Of a stretch of DNA of 64,000 bases, positions 1 to 12,866 are shown in pieces. The stretch is from the NCBI GenBank assembly GCA_963749655.1, contig CAVVOB010000023.1:64001-128000 (forward strand), written 5' to 3'. The stretch is from Nitrospirota bacterium. GTDB lineage: Bacteria; Nitrospirota; UBA9217. The notes beneath the pieces were generated by a model. It was not told where the DNA came from, ran no database searches, and saw nothing but the letters and a program-made list of their open reading frames with translations. The position numbers and the translations under genes were made by a program. Within the stretch, counting starts at the first letter, position 1. Every line of letters begins with the position of its first letter.

Positions 1-332
1 ATCCGACACACAGTTCCTGCTCACCAGCTCCGGCTGTGACAAAACCCGGTGCCGCAGCACCAAACATCAACGCACTAAGAAGGCAAGAGCGGCTACAAAA
101 GTGCACTCTGGTAACCTGGCATTCCCAAAACAGGGGGGAGCTTCTGCTGTTGTGCAGACTTTTACTCTGCCTGAAATAACCATCCTTCTAATATGCGTGT
201 GAATATAAACTCCGACTATCGTCTTTACTCCTAAAGGATCACTCCGTTGGTCAAAAGTATCGGGAAGTGCAGTTTCATCTTGTATGTAATTTCATACACG
301 CTGAAATATCCTGATTTTTCATTATATATCTT

Positions 333-1663
333 CAGTACTGTCCGGTTGTTACGTAAATAGATTCAATTGGTTATCGTCATGCTGCTCCATTTCACGATCT
401 ATGGTTTCCTGAACCACTTGAGAAATAGACTTTTTCTCAAACAGGTTCACCTCCAAAATCTGTAGAATTGTGTGGAGGCTTCCAGGAAGGTTCAAACGCT
501 TCTTGACAATCGCCACGAGAAGATAAACGCTGACGGCTGTCCAGATCTGAATTTTGACCGCGTTGGGCGATGTGCCAAAGAACGATTTGATCCTCAGGTG
601 TTGCTTGATCCACTTGAAGAATAGCTCCACTTGCCATCGCGACCGATAGATGTCCGCTACAGTCTTCGCTGGCAGAAGGAAGTTGTTTGTAAGAAACACG
701 AGGCGCTTGTCCCGTTCGATATCGTAATAGCGAACCCGGCGCATGGGATCGGGATAGGCCAATCGAGAATTGAACCCGACGAGCACAACGGTTTGATCGG
801 CTTGGACTCCGATGGTTTTGTCGACCGGTGCAGAATATATACGACGAAGCCTTTGATTGTGCTTCGTCCGGATCACGAAGTAGGCCGAGAGCTGATTGAT
901 ACGATAAAGCCGTTCGAAATCGAGATAGGCGCGGTCCATGGTATAAACCGAATCGGCTTTTATAGGAACGGCATCCATCATATTGACGTCGTGAACGCTT
1001 GCGGGAGTGACGAAAATAAAGGTCGGAATCGACCCCTGGACATTGAGCAGCGTATGGATCTTGACAGCTGCCTTCTTCTTGCGAAACGTGGCCCATGGGA
1101 ATGTCGAGAGACACAAATCGATAACCGTTGAGTCCAGGGCATAGATCGCGAGTTTTAGGTCCAAGCCAAGTTCCTCGTTTCGGTAGAGGGAACTGGCCTC
1201 GTTGATGAGCATGTACCCGAAGTCTCTGATAGATTCGAAAATCGCGAAGCTCGTTGGCATCCGCCAAGGTAGATTTGGCAATCTTGCCTCGGATGCCCAT
1301 ATGATAGAGTTTCTGGCGATGTGAGTTCAGACACGTTACGATATCGCGCAGGCTTTCTCGATAGGTCAACTGCGCGAATGCCATACAGAGCAATTGATCG
1401 AGACATGAGAAGGTCTTCACCTTGTAGTTGCCCTGATAGCGATTCACGCATTGATTGAACTCGTACCTCGGCAGATATTGAATCAGTTGCGCAAAGACCG
1501 TTTTCCCCGAATTCATCCCTGTCCCTCTCAGGCAATGTTGAGGGTGATTATAAGATGAATTCAGAGAAACGAAGTTCAAATCGAAAAATTGCATTTTGGC
1601 CATTATCTTTTTGTATTACTGTAGGTTATCGCGTTTCAGAAAAACGATAACCGGACACTACTG
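333..1663 (-). mobile_element. IS4-family insertion sequence (1331 bp)
   Basis: 15-bp TIRs with 1 mismatch: CAGTACTGTCCGGTT (333-347) and AACCGGACACTACTG (1649-1663). 9-bp direct repeat ATATATCTT on both sides (324-332, 1664-1672). Encloses a DDE transposase. Confidence 0.93.
349..1516 (-). CDS. IS4-family DDE transposase (DUF4372-type N-terminus), frameshift near 1225
   Basis: N-terminus MNSGKTVFAQL...QLTYRESLRDI in one frame; ALDSTVI, MDRAYLD and YRSRWQVELFFKWIKQHL (YREK motif) in another frame. Confidence 0.9.
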
Positions 1664-1806
1664 ATATATCTTCTTAATTTACTTTCCTGCACACTAATGA
1701 CTGTAGGGGGTTTCATACAATTTCACAAGTCTGAGAGCGTGAGGGAAATGCTGCGAGAACCACTATGTGCTTATTATCAAATGGATTGGAACAACCGAAA
1801 ATGGCA

Positions 1807-1821
1807 TGGCATCTTAAATGC
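1807..1821 (+). promoter_or_regulatory. Putative sigma54 -24/-12 promoter
   Basis: TGGCATCTTAAATGC fits GG-N10-GC; lies upstream of the FGE-domain gene. Confidence 0.5.
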
Positions 1822-2180
1822 AATTGATTGCAATATAATGTACTACTCACATAAACAGACTTTTGAGACCGCCACGCCGGCAACTTTTCCCACCTCTCAG
1901 GCAATCTTAGCCGATACAGATAACCAGGAAGAATGCGCTGCGGACAGGAGCGCTATCTCCCGCCCATGAATAATCACCTTGTCAGGAAAATGCCGACAGC
2001 CACACGCTGTTACCTTCTGCCGGGACCAGGCCGCCGAGCGATTTCAATACGCCGCTTCCGTCACGAGGAGGTGACTTTTCATTATGAGCACATGAATATT
2101 CCACAGGATCTTGCATACTCATCTGGAACCTACAGAAAAGGATTATGTTCACCGATCAATGACTGTAAAGGGGGAGTGCT

Positions 2181-3113
2181 ATGAAAACCATCTTAAGTTT
2201 CATGATCATCGGATTGTTTCAAGCAGCAGGCGTGTCGCAGGCGTGCGTAGATTTGCCCCAAAATATGCCTGTTGTCGTTGCGTCAGCGGCGTACCGGACA
2301 TCGATCGCGCCGGTTTCTCCGGCTACTTCTTTGAAGGATACGAACGTCAACCTGGAATTCGTGCACGTAACCGGCGGTTGCTACTGTATGGGAGTCAACC
2401 CCGGGGAGGGATTGCGCGATACAAGCCCCGCGCACCAGGTATGCGTTGACGACTACTACATAGGGAAATATGAAGTAACGCAGGGCCAGTGGCGGGAGAT
2501 CATGGGGAACTATCCATCCTCTTTCAGCAGCTGCGGCGACAACTGCCCGGTGGTCGATGTAAGCTGGAACGAAGCGCAGGAATTCATCCGCCGCCTGAGT
2601 GAGCGCACCGGAAAGGCATACCGTTTGCCGACCGAGGCAGAGTGGGAATACGCAGTCCGAACCGGCGGAGCACAGGAGAAAAGCAGTGCGGCAAGTATCG
2701 CATCCTCGGAAGCCAAACGCGTTCTCCATCCTGTGGGATTGTCAGAGCCAAACAGTCTCGGCATCCATGACATGCAGGGGAGCGTCTGGGAGTGGACCGG
2801 CGACTGGTATAAGAAAAATTACTACGGAGACAGCCCGCAGTACAACCCCGAAGGACCGACGGCCGGAATGTACAAGGTTCTGCGGGGAGGTTCGTGGGAC
2901 GACAAGCCGCAGTCCATTCAGCCGACCGCACGGGTCAGGTACGCTCCGTCGATCAAACGCCCCTGGGTCGGCTTTAGGCTGATTTCCCCCGACCAGTACA
3001 GCGCAAACTATAAGTTGCCCGAGGTCCTTGTGCAGAAGCAGAGCGAGAAGCTGGCTCGCCAGTGTGGCGGTGCTGAGCAGCAGCCGTTGTTCATAAAAGC
3101 GGAAACGAATTAA
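2181..3113 (+). CDS. Secreted formylglycine-generating-enzyme (FGE-sulfatase/SUMF1) domain protein
   Basis: Signal peptide; motifs GKYEVTQGQW, RLPTEAEWEYA, GIHDMQGSVWEW, RGGSW, VGFRL. Confidence 0.9.
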   Translation: MKTILSFMIIGLFQAAGVSQACVDLPQNMPVVVASAAYRTSIAPVSPATSLKDTNVNLEFVHVTGGCYCMGVNPGEGLRDTSPAHQVCVDDYYIGKYEVTQGQWREIMGNYPSSFSSCGDNCPVVDVSWNEAQEFIRRLSERTGKAYRLPTEAEWEYAVRTGGAQEKSSAASIASSEAKRVLHPVGLSEPNSLGIHDMQGSVWEWTGDWYKKNYYGDSPQYNPEGPTAGMYKVLRGGSWDDKPQSIQPTARVRYAPSIKRPWVGFRLISPDQYSANYKLPEVLVQKQSEKLARQCGGAEQQPLFIKAETN

Positions 3114-3180
3114 GTTGTCGAAAAACAGCTTTTTTACAGGAGAGAGAACCGAGATTTCATGAGAAGACTCTTCCCGGTGT

Positions 3181-3217
3181 AAAAAAAGGCTTGGGGATCA
3201 ATCCTCCAAGCCTTTTC
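3181..3217. terminator. Bidirectional intrinsic terminator between convergent genes
   Basis: AAAAAAAGGCTTGG...CCAAGCCTTTT hairpin with A/T runs on both sides. Confidence 0.75.
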
Positions 3218-3309
3218 TGTGTCTTCTTTTCCTATTTGAAATTTATTTTGCCCGCGTTCTCGACGAATTTCATCCTTTGCACAACCGGCACAGCTGCTGC
3301 AGCGGCGAA

Positions 3310-5946
<2,637 letters not shown>

Positions 5947-6150
5947 GGATTCCTTCCCTGGTCGCCTGAAAAGGGCTTCAGGCTTCGTTGAAATAATTTT
6001 TTATATTATCATTTCTGTGCAGGATTTCAAGCAAATAATGGGAACAGCATGAGGAAAGGGCCCGTTTTCCTTTGATTCGCGGCAGGGAAAAGGCTTATAC
6101 TGCAGCTACTCGGATTCCGGCTCGTGGCCGTGCGGGAAGGGGGACAATCC

Positions 6151-6546
6151 ATGAAAACCGCCATCGCAGTAGTCCTGTCGATCATTGCGCCGACCGCGCT
6201 CAGTCTTTCCGGCTGCACAAAACAGCTTACTCAGGAAAGCCTGGCGAGTGAAAACGTCCCGGCAATCAAGAAGGACTGCGCGGTCTGTCATACCGGCCAC
6301 GCCTTTTCCGGAAAAACCGCGGCGCTCAAAAAACCCGTGCAGGAGCTTTGCATCGAGTGTCACGCCGACCGTGCCGCACCCAATGATCATAAGACCGGTG
6401 TCACGCCTGCGGTATCGGTCACGAGCCTGCCGCTCCTGGACGGCAAGGTCGTCTGCACCACCTGCCACGATCCCCACCGCGGAATCTATCGCAAGATGCT
6501 GAGGGCCCCGCAGAAGGACCTCTGCCTGTATTGCCACGATAAATGA
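6151..6546 (+). CDS. Small tetraheme c-type cytochrome lipoprotein (doubled-CXXCH type)
   Basis: Lipobox LSGC; four CXXCH motifs (CAVCH, CIECH, CTTCH, CLYCH). Confidence 0.88.
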   Translation: MKTAIAVVLSIIAPTALSLSGCTKQLTQESLASENVPAIKKDCAVCHTGHAFSGKTAALKKPVQELCIECHADRAAPNDHKTGVTPAVSVTSLPLLDGKVVCTTCHDPHRGIYRKMLRAPQKDLCLYCHDK

Positions 6547-6560
6547 TAGAAGCAACATTT

Positions 6561-6724
6561 ACCGCAAAGGCGCGAGGGACGCGAGGAAACCAGAGGCATG
6601 AAAAAATCAGATTTTAAGATGTTAGTGACGTCCTCGTGGTCTTGGCGACCTCGCGGTTCAGTCATCGTGATTCTGACTGCAGAATTATCCTATTCCGCAA
6701 TCCGAAATCCGCAATTCGCAATTG
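6561..6724. repeat. Inverted 9-mer repeat arrays plus a 7-mer array
   Basis: ACCGCAAAGGCGCGAGGGACGCGAGG ... CCTCGTGGTCTTGGCGACCTCGCGGT, followed by CCGCAAT-CCGAAAT-CCGCAAT-TCGCAAT. Confidence 0.65.
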
Positions 6725-6727
6725 ACA

Positions 6728-7476
6728 CTACCCCATCCCCATGCCGCATTTCTTTAGCATCTCGATGCTCTGTCTCATCCCATCTTCGGCCGCATCCAGT
6801 TCGAGGATCACGCGCAGATCCTTTTTCTCACGTTCAGTGCTTTCAGCGCCTCGATCTCGCGGCAGCCATCGACGAGCGGTTTGTGGTCCTTGACCAAATG
6901 TGCATCCTGCGGATCATGATGGTGCATGTGCACGAAAACGATCCGATCGAGCAGTTGCTGCGGCATTGACCGCACAAAGGAAAGCGAATCGATCCCGGCC
7001 AGTTCGAGGTGGCCGATGTCCAGGGTGATGGTCACGGCCTGCGGCGCAGTCAGGACGAAGCGTTCCCAGAACCACGTTATGTCGCCGGAGTTGTAGGAGT
7101 TCTCAATCGAGACCGGACAGAGATTGGCGAGCTCACGCACGTTCTTTTCATATTGCTCAGCTTCTGAATCGGAAAGTCTGCTGTGGTTGCCGCCTTCGTC
7201 GTGGATGATGAAGCCGAGGTCCGATGCAGCTGCAAGCCGCCTCATTACCGCCATTGTCCGACCGGCCTCTGCGTTAGTCAGTGGATAGTCAAGAGGATGA
7301 AAGACAGACCTGATGCCCCGGGTCCTGCAGACTGATGCCGTCTCGATGGCTTCGGTTACCGCCTGCTCCCCTTCGGAGACTCCCCAGTTCGCCTGCCGCC
7401 ACAGCGATATCTGAACGAAGTTGAGCGGCTGTGTCCCGACGTCAGCCGGCCGGATTATGCGATAGCCAAGTTGCAT
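6728..7476 (-). CDS. Xylose-isomerase/AP-endonuclease-like TIM-barrel protein, frameshift near 6833
   Basis: Motifs SIEN, LDIGHL, HMHH, DHKPL. Restoring one A continues as REKKDLRVILELDAAE...CGMGMG* ending at 6728. Confidence 0.72.
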
Positions 7477-7492
7477 ATTTAAATTCCGTTTT

Positions 7493-7618
7493 AGCCACGA
7501 ATTTCACGAATTAACACGAATGTAAGAATTTTGAAAAAGTGGCGAAACCAAACCACATCTCGATTCTTTTTCCTTGTTTGCCCCGCTTTATTCGTGACAA
7601 TTCGTGAAATTCGTGGCA
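7493..7618. repeat. Inverted 9-mer repeat arrays (CACGAATTN)
   Basis: GCCACGAATTTCACGAATTAACACGAAT ... ATTCGTGACAATTCGTGAAATTCGTGGC. Confidence 0.75.
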
Positions 7619-7626
7619 TATCTTCT

Positions 7627-9324
7627 TCAGTTGCCTTTTATACCAATTCTATCTCCGGTCTTGACCCCCGACCCTGCTGCGGTCTCGATCACCCATTGGA
7701 CAGGGACGCCGGAAGGAAAGTACTCGCGGCTGCCCGGCTTGCAGTTACTGTAGACCCGCACGACCTTCTGATCAGGGCCGACGAAGATGATGTCGATGGG
7801 AAAGTCTACACTTGCCATCCAGAAGGTCGTCTGCATGGGCATAGGAAACAGGAAGAGCGCTGCTTCATCGTCCTTAAGCTTCCGGAAACCCTGAAGTCCG
7901 CGCTCCCGCAATTCATCGGTGTCGCAGAAGAGCACGACCTTGTACGTACGCGGTTCATGCGCAGGTGAAATTACCGATACCTGCTCAATCTTCCCGCTCG
8001 GCTGGGCAATCTCCTGTTCAGCTCCCTGCGCCACTCGAACCTCGATCGCAAGGACCGCGATCCCGATCGCCATGGTGATGATCGTGATCAGAGCTCCCAC
8101 CCGGAAGTACTCCATGAACCCGATCTCCACGCGCTTCCTCGCCTGCTGCGCAACGATCAGGTTCGCGACGGAGCCGATCAGTGTCAGGTTCCCTGCCAGG
8201 GTGCTGCTCATGGCCAGCGTCAGCCAGAGCGTCCTGTCGCTGCCGAGGGATTCGAGGAGCGGCCTAAGGAGCATAACCGCGGGCACGTTGCTCACCACGT
8301 TCGAAAGAAGTGCAGAGATAAAAGACAGGCCCGCGATCCTGCCGATAAGCGACGTTTCCGTGACCCCGCCGGTCCACCCGATCACCTTTGCGGCAAGGCC
8401 TGAGGTCTCGACGCCGTGCATCACTACGAAGAGGCCGGCAAAAAAGAGGAGTAGGGTCCAGTCCACGTCTTCCAAAATTTTCTCCGTTCTGACGCCGCCT
8501 ACGAGCATGAGCGCAACAGCGCCCGCTACAGCAGTAAGGGAATAAGGATAGCCCAGCGAGAACGCAACAAGCACGCCTGCGCAGATGATGAGAGCCTTGA
8601 TCAGGAGCGGCTTATTGACAACGTATGCCGGAAGCGCCGGTTTCCTGAGAAAGCACTCCTTCTTCATGTCATGGCGATATACGATCCGAATGACCAGGAT
8701 GCTCACACCGAGGCCCAGAAGCGTCACGGGGAAAAGGGCGCCGAAGAAGGAAAGGTAGGAGATCTTCGAGTAGATGCCGATCAGCATGTTCTGGGGATTG
8801 CCGGTCACGGTCATCACGCTCCCGATGTTCGAGGCCGTGGCAAGGGCCAGAAGGTAGGGCATGGGGCTGACCCCGAGCTGGACCGCCATTTCCAGTATGA
8901 TTGGCGTAAAGAGCAGGCAGATCGTATCGTTCACGAACAGGGCTGACAATACGCCTGACGAGACAGTCACGAAGATGAGGAGCTGGACCGGAGTGCGCGC
9001 AAGGGACAGGATCTTGTCCGCCATGAGCTCGAAGAACCCGGCGTGCCTGAGGTAGACGGTAATGATCATCATGCCGAGAAGCAGCAGCAGGGTGTGCATA
9101 TCGATGGCCGCAAAGGCCTGGTCCAGCGTCAGCACGCCGAAGACTATCATGAGCACCGCGCCCACGAGCGCGCCCGCAGGCCGGTCTATGTGCAGCCGCG
9201 GGATCTGGCGGAGGCCGATGAAGAGATAGGTGATGATGAAGATGATGAGGGCGGTTATCACGGGGAGCACTTTACCATGAAGATGAGGAGGATTCAAGGG
9301 AGTAACAGTCCACTCGAATTTCAT
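7627..9324 (-). CDS. ArsB/NhaD/CitMHS-type anion permease fused to a C-terminal DUF192-like domain (true start probably slightly downstream of 9324)
   Basis: SALFVNDTICL, ASNIGS...GNPQN, SNVVSNVPA, GNLTLIGSVANLI; C-terminal RERGLQ...FWMASVDFPIDIIF...WVIE. Confidence 0.85.
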   Translation of the reverse strand: MKFEWTVTPLNPPHLHGKVLPVITALIIFIITYLFIGLRQIPRLHIDRPAGALVGAVLMIVFGVLTLDQAFAAIDMHTLLLLLGMMIITVYLRHAGFFELMADKILSLARTPVQLLIFVTVSSGVLSALFVNDTICLLFTPIILEMAVQLGVSPMPYLLALATASNIGSVMTVTGNPQNMLIGIYSKISYLSFFGALFPVTLLGLGVSILVIRIVYRHDMKKECFLRKPALPAYVVNKPLLIKALIICAGVLVAFSLGYPYSLTAVAGAVALMLVGGVRTEKILEDVDWTLLLFFAGLFVVMHGVETSGLAAKVIGWTGGVTETSLIGRIAGLSFISALLSNVVSNVPAVMLLRPLLESLGSDRTLWLTLAMSSTLAGNLTLIGSVANLIVAQQARKRVEIGFMEYFRVGALITIITMAIGIAVLAIEVRVAQGAEQEIAQPSGKIEQVSVISPAHEPRTYKVVLFCDTDELRERGLQGFRKLKDDEAALFLFPMPMQTTFWMASVDFPIDIIFVGPDQKVVRVYSNCKPGSREYFPSGVPVQWVIETAAGSGVKTGDRIGIKGN

Positions 9325-9345
9325 TGCCTTACGGGATTGTTCTGT

Positions 9346-9600
9346 TCGCGCTGGTTCAATCTTGAAGATTGAACCAAACCTTAACGTTTGGTTCAGGCTG
9401 CAAGCCTGAACCAGCAGAACAGGAAAAAGCCGCTGTCACGAATGACAGCGGCCGGTTTTATGAAAAATCTCGCGCTGGTTCAATCTTGAAGATTGAACCA
9501 AACCTTAACGTTCGGTTCAGGCTGCAAGCCTGAACCAGCGAAGACATAGAAAAAGCAAAGCCACTGTCATTTCTGACAGCGGCCGGTTTTGTGAAAATCT
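9346..9600. repeat. Tandem duplication (124-bp period) of an inverted palindrome pair plus terminator hairpin
   Basis: TCGCGCTGGTTCAATCTTGAAGATTGAACC...GGTTCAGGCTGCAAGCCTGAACCAGC starts at 9346 and 9470; each copy is followed by a GCC(G/A)CTGTCA-loop-TGACAGCGGC hairpin. Confidence 0.9.
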
Positions 9601-9605
9601 GCCTG

Positions 9606-10817
9606 CTACTTCTTCTCGTCGTTATCCATCTTCTTTTTGAGCATGTCCCCGAGGGTCCCCATGTTCTGCGTCTCCGACGAGGCCTGCTGTTTGTACTCAT
9701 GCAGCGTAGCCGCCTCTTCCTGCTCGGCCCTGCGGACCTCGGCCAGGGCGAGCGAGAGCTTTCTCTGGGCGGGATCCACTGCTTCCACCTGCACCTCGAC
9801 CTCCTGCCCTTCTTTTACGATCTCGCGCGGATGATTGATCCGCCGGCCTGCTCCAAGCTTCGAGATGTGAATAAGTCCGTCGATGCCTTCCTTCAGCGTC
9901 ACGAAAGCGCCGAAGGGAGCGAGGCGGGAAACCTTGCCCATGTGGAACGAACCGACGGGAAAGGCCTCGGCCACCTGCTGCCAGGGATCGGGCATGGCGT
10001 CTTTCAGGCTGAAGGAGAACCGGTTCTGGTCCCAGTCGAGTTTTTTAACGATCACCTCGACCGACTGACCCACGGACAGGATGTCTCCCACTTTCTCGGT
10101 GCGGGTCCAGGCGATCTCCGATATGGGCAGCAGGCCCTCGATGCCGCCGATATCCACAAAGGCCCCGAACTTCTGGATCGACGTCACGGTCCCCTTTACC
10201 TTCATGCCTTCGCTCAGCGTGCCGCGCAATTCCGCCCTCTTGTCCTGCTTCTCCTTCTCGAGTATGGGCCTCCGGGAAACGACGATGTTCCGTCCTCCCT
10301 CGGTGAACTCGATGATCTTGAACGGGAGGGACCGGCCGACGATTTCCGCGGTCGGCTCCTCGCGGCGCAGACCCATCTGTGAAAAGGGACAGAACGCTCG
10401 GACAGTACCGGCGATCTTTATCTCGAAGCCGCCCTTCATTTCCTTCACGACCGTCCCGTCCACCGGAACGCCGTTTCTCCAGGCGTCCTCGAGCTGGCTC
10501 TGTTTTCCCGGACCCGATCCGATCTTGGACGTAAAATGCATTTCGTTATTTTCCGCATTCACGAAGTACGCCCGGACTATATCGCCTTCCTTGACCGTAA
10601 GGTTTCCGGCGGCGTCGACCATCTCCTTCTTGTCCAGATACCCTTCCCCCTTGCCGCCCAGATCGAGGAATATCCATTCTCCGGAGATCTTGACGATAGC
10701 GGCCTCTACCATCTGGCCCTGCGAAAGCTTGCTCTGCTTTTTGAAGCTCTTTTCGAACATTTCGGCGAAGCTCTCCTCGCCGTTTGAAGACTGTGAAGAC
10801 TCGTTGTCGTTATCCAT
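9606..10817 (-). CDS. rpsA: 30S ribosomal protein S1-like protein (four S1 domains)
   Basis: SFAEMFEKS, AFCPFSQM, FGAFVDIGGIEGLLPISEI, FGAFVTLKEGIDGLIHISKL. Shorter than six-domain S1, so possibly a paralog. Confidence 0.8.
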   Translation of the reverse strand: MDNDNESSQSSNGEESFAEMFEKSFKKQSKLSQGQMVEAAIVKISGEWIFLDLGGKGEGYLDKKEMVDAAGNLTVKEGDIVRAYFVNAENNEMHFTSKIGSGPGKQSQLEDAWRNGVPVDGTVVKEMKGGFEIKIAGTVRAFCPFSQMGLRREEPTAEIVGRSLPFKIIEFTEGGRNIVVSRRPILEKEKQDKRAELRGTLSEGMKVKGTVTSIQKFGAFVDIGGIEGLLPISEIAWTRTEKVGDILSVGQSVEVIVKKLDWDQNRFSFSLKDAMPDPWQQVAEAFPVGSFHMGKVSRLAPFGAFVTLKEGIDGLIHISKLGAGRRINHPREIVKEGQEVEVQVEAVDPAQRKLSLALAEVRRAEQEEAATLHEYKQQASSETQNMGTLGDMLKKKMDNDEKK

Positions 10818-10839
10818 AGAATCCCTTCCTTGATAAATA

Positions 10840-10928
10840 TAATTTCAAATGAGAAATATCAAATCACAAATAAGATCCAAATTGATTCTGGTGCTTGAAG
10901 CTTATTTGTTATTTGGTGCTTGAAACTT
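10840..10928. repeat. Inverted heptamer arrays
   Basis: TTTCAAAT/ATCAAAT/CACAAAT units facing ATTTGTT/ATTTGGT/GCTTGAA units. Confidence 0.6.
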
Positions 10929-10929
10929 T

Positions 10930-12273
10930 CTATTTATTCTCCGCCGTCCCCACCAGATCATATTCCGTGGCATCGGTGATCGTCACGTCGAGAAACTCGC
11001 CGGGCGCGGCCTCCGTCTCCGACAAGTATACCACGCCGTCAACCTCGGGGGCCTGCGTTTGCATCCTGCCGACCAGGGTCATGTCTTCCATGCCGTCGAC
11101 GAGCACGCGGACGCGGGACCCGACGAGTGCGCTGTTTTTCCGCAGGGAGATCCGGGCCTGCGCCTTCATGATCCGGTCGAGCCGGTCGGCCGCAACGTCC
11201 GTCGGCACCGTCTGCTTCAGGCCCTGCGCAGGCGTGCCCTCCTCAGGCGAATAGGTGAATACGCCGAGGTGGTCGAACTCCGTTTCTTTGACAAAGGACA
11301 ACAGCCGCCTGAATGCAGCCTCGGTCTCGCCGGGGAAACCGACGATGAGCGAGGTCCGCAGCGCGATCCCGGGCACCTTCTTCCGCAGCTGGTCGATCGT
11401 CCTCCGGATGTCTTCCGACGTTCCCCTGCGGTTCATGGCGGCAAGCACCCGGTCATCGAAATGCTGGATCGGAATGTCGAGGTACTTGCAGATCTTCGCT
11501 TCGTCCGCCATTACCGCCATCAGCTCCCTGCTGATCCTGCCGGGATAGGCATACATCAGCCGAAGCCACTGGATGCCGCGCACTCTGGCCAGTTTTGTCA
11601 GGAGCATCGGAAGATCGACGCTGCGGTCCCGGTATGCGGTCGAATCCTGCGCCAGGAGGACCAGTTCCTTCGCGCCTTCGCCGGCCAGCGTGCGGGCTTC
11701 CTCAACGATGGACGACGACGGCCTGCTCGTGAAGTTTCCGCGTATGATCGGGATCGCGCAATAGGAGCAGCGGTTGCTGCATCCCTCGGCGATCTTGAGA
11801 TACCGGTAGTGATGCGGCGTCGTGCTCAGCCGGGGCAGGCCGTAGACCATGGTCGGTTCCGATACCTGGATGGTCTGTTTTCCGCCGGACAGCGTCTTCG
11901 TGCAGATCTCGCCGATCCGGCCGATCTCGGCGGTGCCGATCACGGCGTCGGCCTCGGGAAGCTCGCGGCCGAGCTCCTCGCGGTACCGCTGCGCAAGGCA
12001 GCCGGCAATGATGACCTTTCTGCACTTGCCTTCCTGCTTCAGCCTGGCCGCTTCAAGGATCGCCTCAATGGACTCTTCCTTGGCCGACTGAATGAATCCG
12101 CAGGTGTTCACCACGATCACATCCGCATTGTTCCGGTCCGGTGTGACGGTAAAGCCCGCTCCTGCAAGCACGCCAAGCATCTGCTCGGCATCGACCTGGT
12201 TCTTGGGACAGCCCAGGCTGATCATTCCGATACTATAGGGTTTCTTCTTCACAACGTTTATAAATGGGGACAA
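10930..12273 (-). CDS. rimO: Ribosomal protein S12 methylthiotransferase RimO
   Basis: SLGCPKNQVDAE, VNTCGFI, YLKIAEGCSNRCSYCAIP, C-terminal TRAM domain with APEVDG. Confidence 0.96.
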   Translation of the reverse strand: MSPFINVVKKKPYSIGMISLGCPKNQVDAEQMLGVLAGAGFTVTPDRNNADVIVVNTCGFIQSAKEESIEAILEAARLKQEGKCRKVIIAGCLAQRYREELGRELPEADAVIGTAEIGRIGEICTKTLSGGKQTIQVSEPTMVYGLPRLSTTPHHYRYLKIAEGCSNRCSYCAIPIIRGNFTSRPSSSIVEEARTLAGEGAKELVLLAQDSTAYRDRSVDLPMLLTKLARVRGIQWLRLMYAYPGRISRELMAVMADEAKICKYLDIPIQHFDDRVLAAMNRRGTSEDIRRTIDQLRKKVPGIALRTSLIVGFPGETEAAFRRLLSFVKETEFDHLGVFTYSPEEGTPAQGLKQTVPTDVAADRLDRIMKAQARISLRKNSALVGSRVRVLVDGMEDMTLVGRMQTQAPEVDGVVYLSETEAAPGEFLDVTITDATEYDLVGTAENK

Positions 12274-12397
12274 GACCTTCGACGCACATTGACATTATAC
12301 TACATAATAGAATACGGATACTATACATCTGAAACGTTAACTGAAGCCCTATCGGTTTTGCACCGGTGAAATCACCTTGTTGCACACGGACGGCTTT

Positions 12398-12856
12398 TTA
12401 AAATCCTCCGGACATGGCCAGGAAGCCCGCCATCTTCTCGTTGGTTTCCCGCAGCCTCTTTGAAAGGGTCTTGGTGAAGGCCCAGAGCAGCTTGTAGCCC
12501 AGCTCGCGGTCCATGATCAGGATTTTGTCCAGGTCCGTCTTGTCTATCGCGAGCACCTCGATGTCCGAATTGGCGATGGCGTGGGCCGACCGGGGAAAAT
12601 TGTCGATCAGGGCCATCTCGCCGAAATAGTCGCCCGCCTTCAGAACGGCCAGGGCCTCCTCGCCGATGTTTGGGATGAATTTGCTGATCCGCACTTCCCC
12701 CTTGATGATCACGTAGCACCGGTTGCCGGGGTCGCCCTCGAAGAACATGACCGTGTCCTTCGCATGGGACTCCCTCCTGGCGATCTTCTGAATTTTTTCC
12801 AGCTCGGCCGCGGAAAGGCTTTCGAAGAGGTGTACTTTCTTGAGAAATTCGATCAT
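12398..12856 (-). CDS. Stand-alone cyclic-nucleotide-binding domain protein
   Basis: FFEGDPG...FGEMALIDNFPRSAHA phosphate-binding cassette; no HTH. Confidence 0.9.
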   Translation of the reverse strand: MIEFLKKVHLFESLSAAELEKIQKIARRESHAKDTVMFFEGDPGNRCYVIIKGEVRISKFIPNIGEEALAVLKAGDYFGEMALIDNFPRSAHAIANSDIEVLAIDKTDLDKILIMDRELGYKLLWAFTKTLSKRLRETNEKMAGFLAMSGGF

Positions 12857-12866
12857 CGTCTCTCCC

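Noticed and set aside
1-183. Possible start of a minus-strand exported protein running off the window (...LLSALMFGAAAPG...ELCVG)
   Set aside because: No in-frame start without assuming an indel; too short to support.
2181-3113. FGE-domain gene as a diversity-generating retroelement target
   Set aside because: No template-repeat copy of its 3' end and no reverse transcriptase visible in the window.
9346-9600. Direct repeats as a mini CRISPR array
   Set aside because: Only two ~124-bp units, and the intervening parts are also homologous, so this is a tandem duplication.
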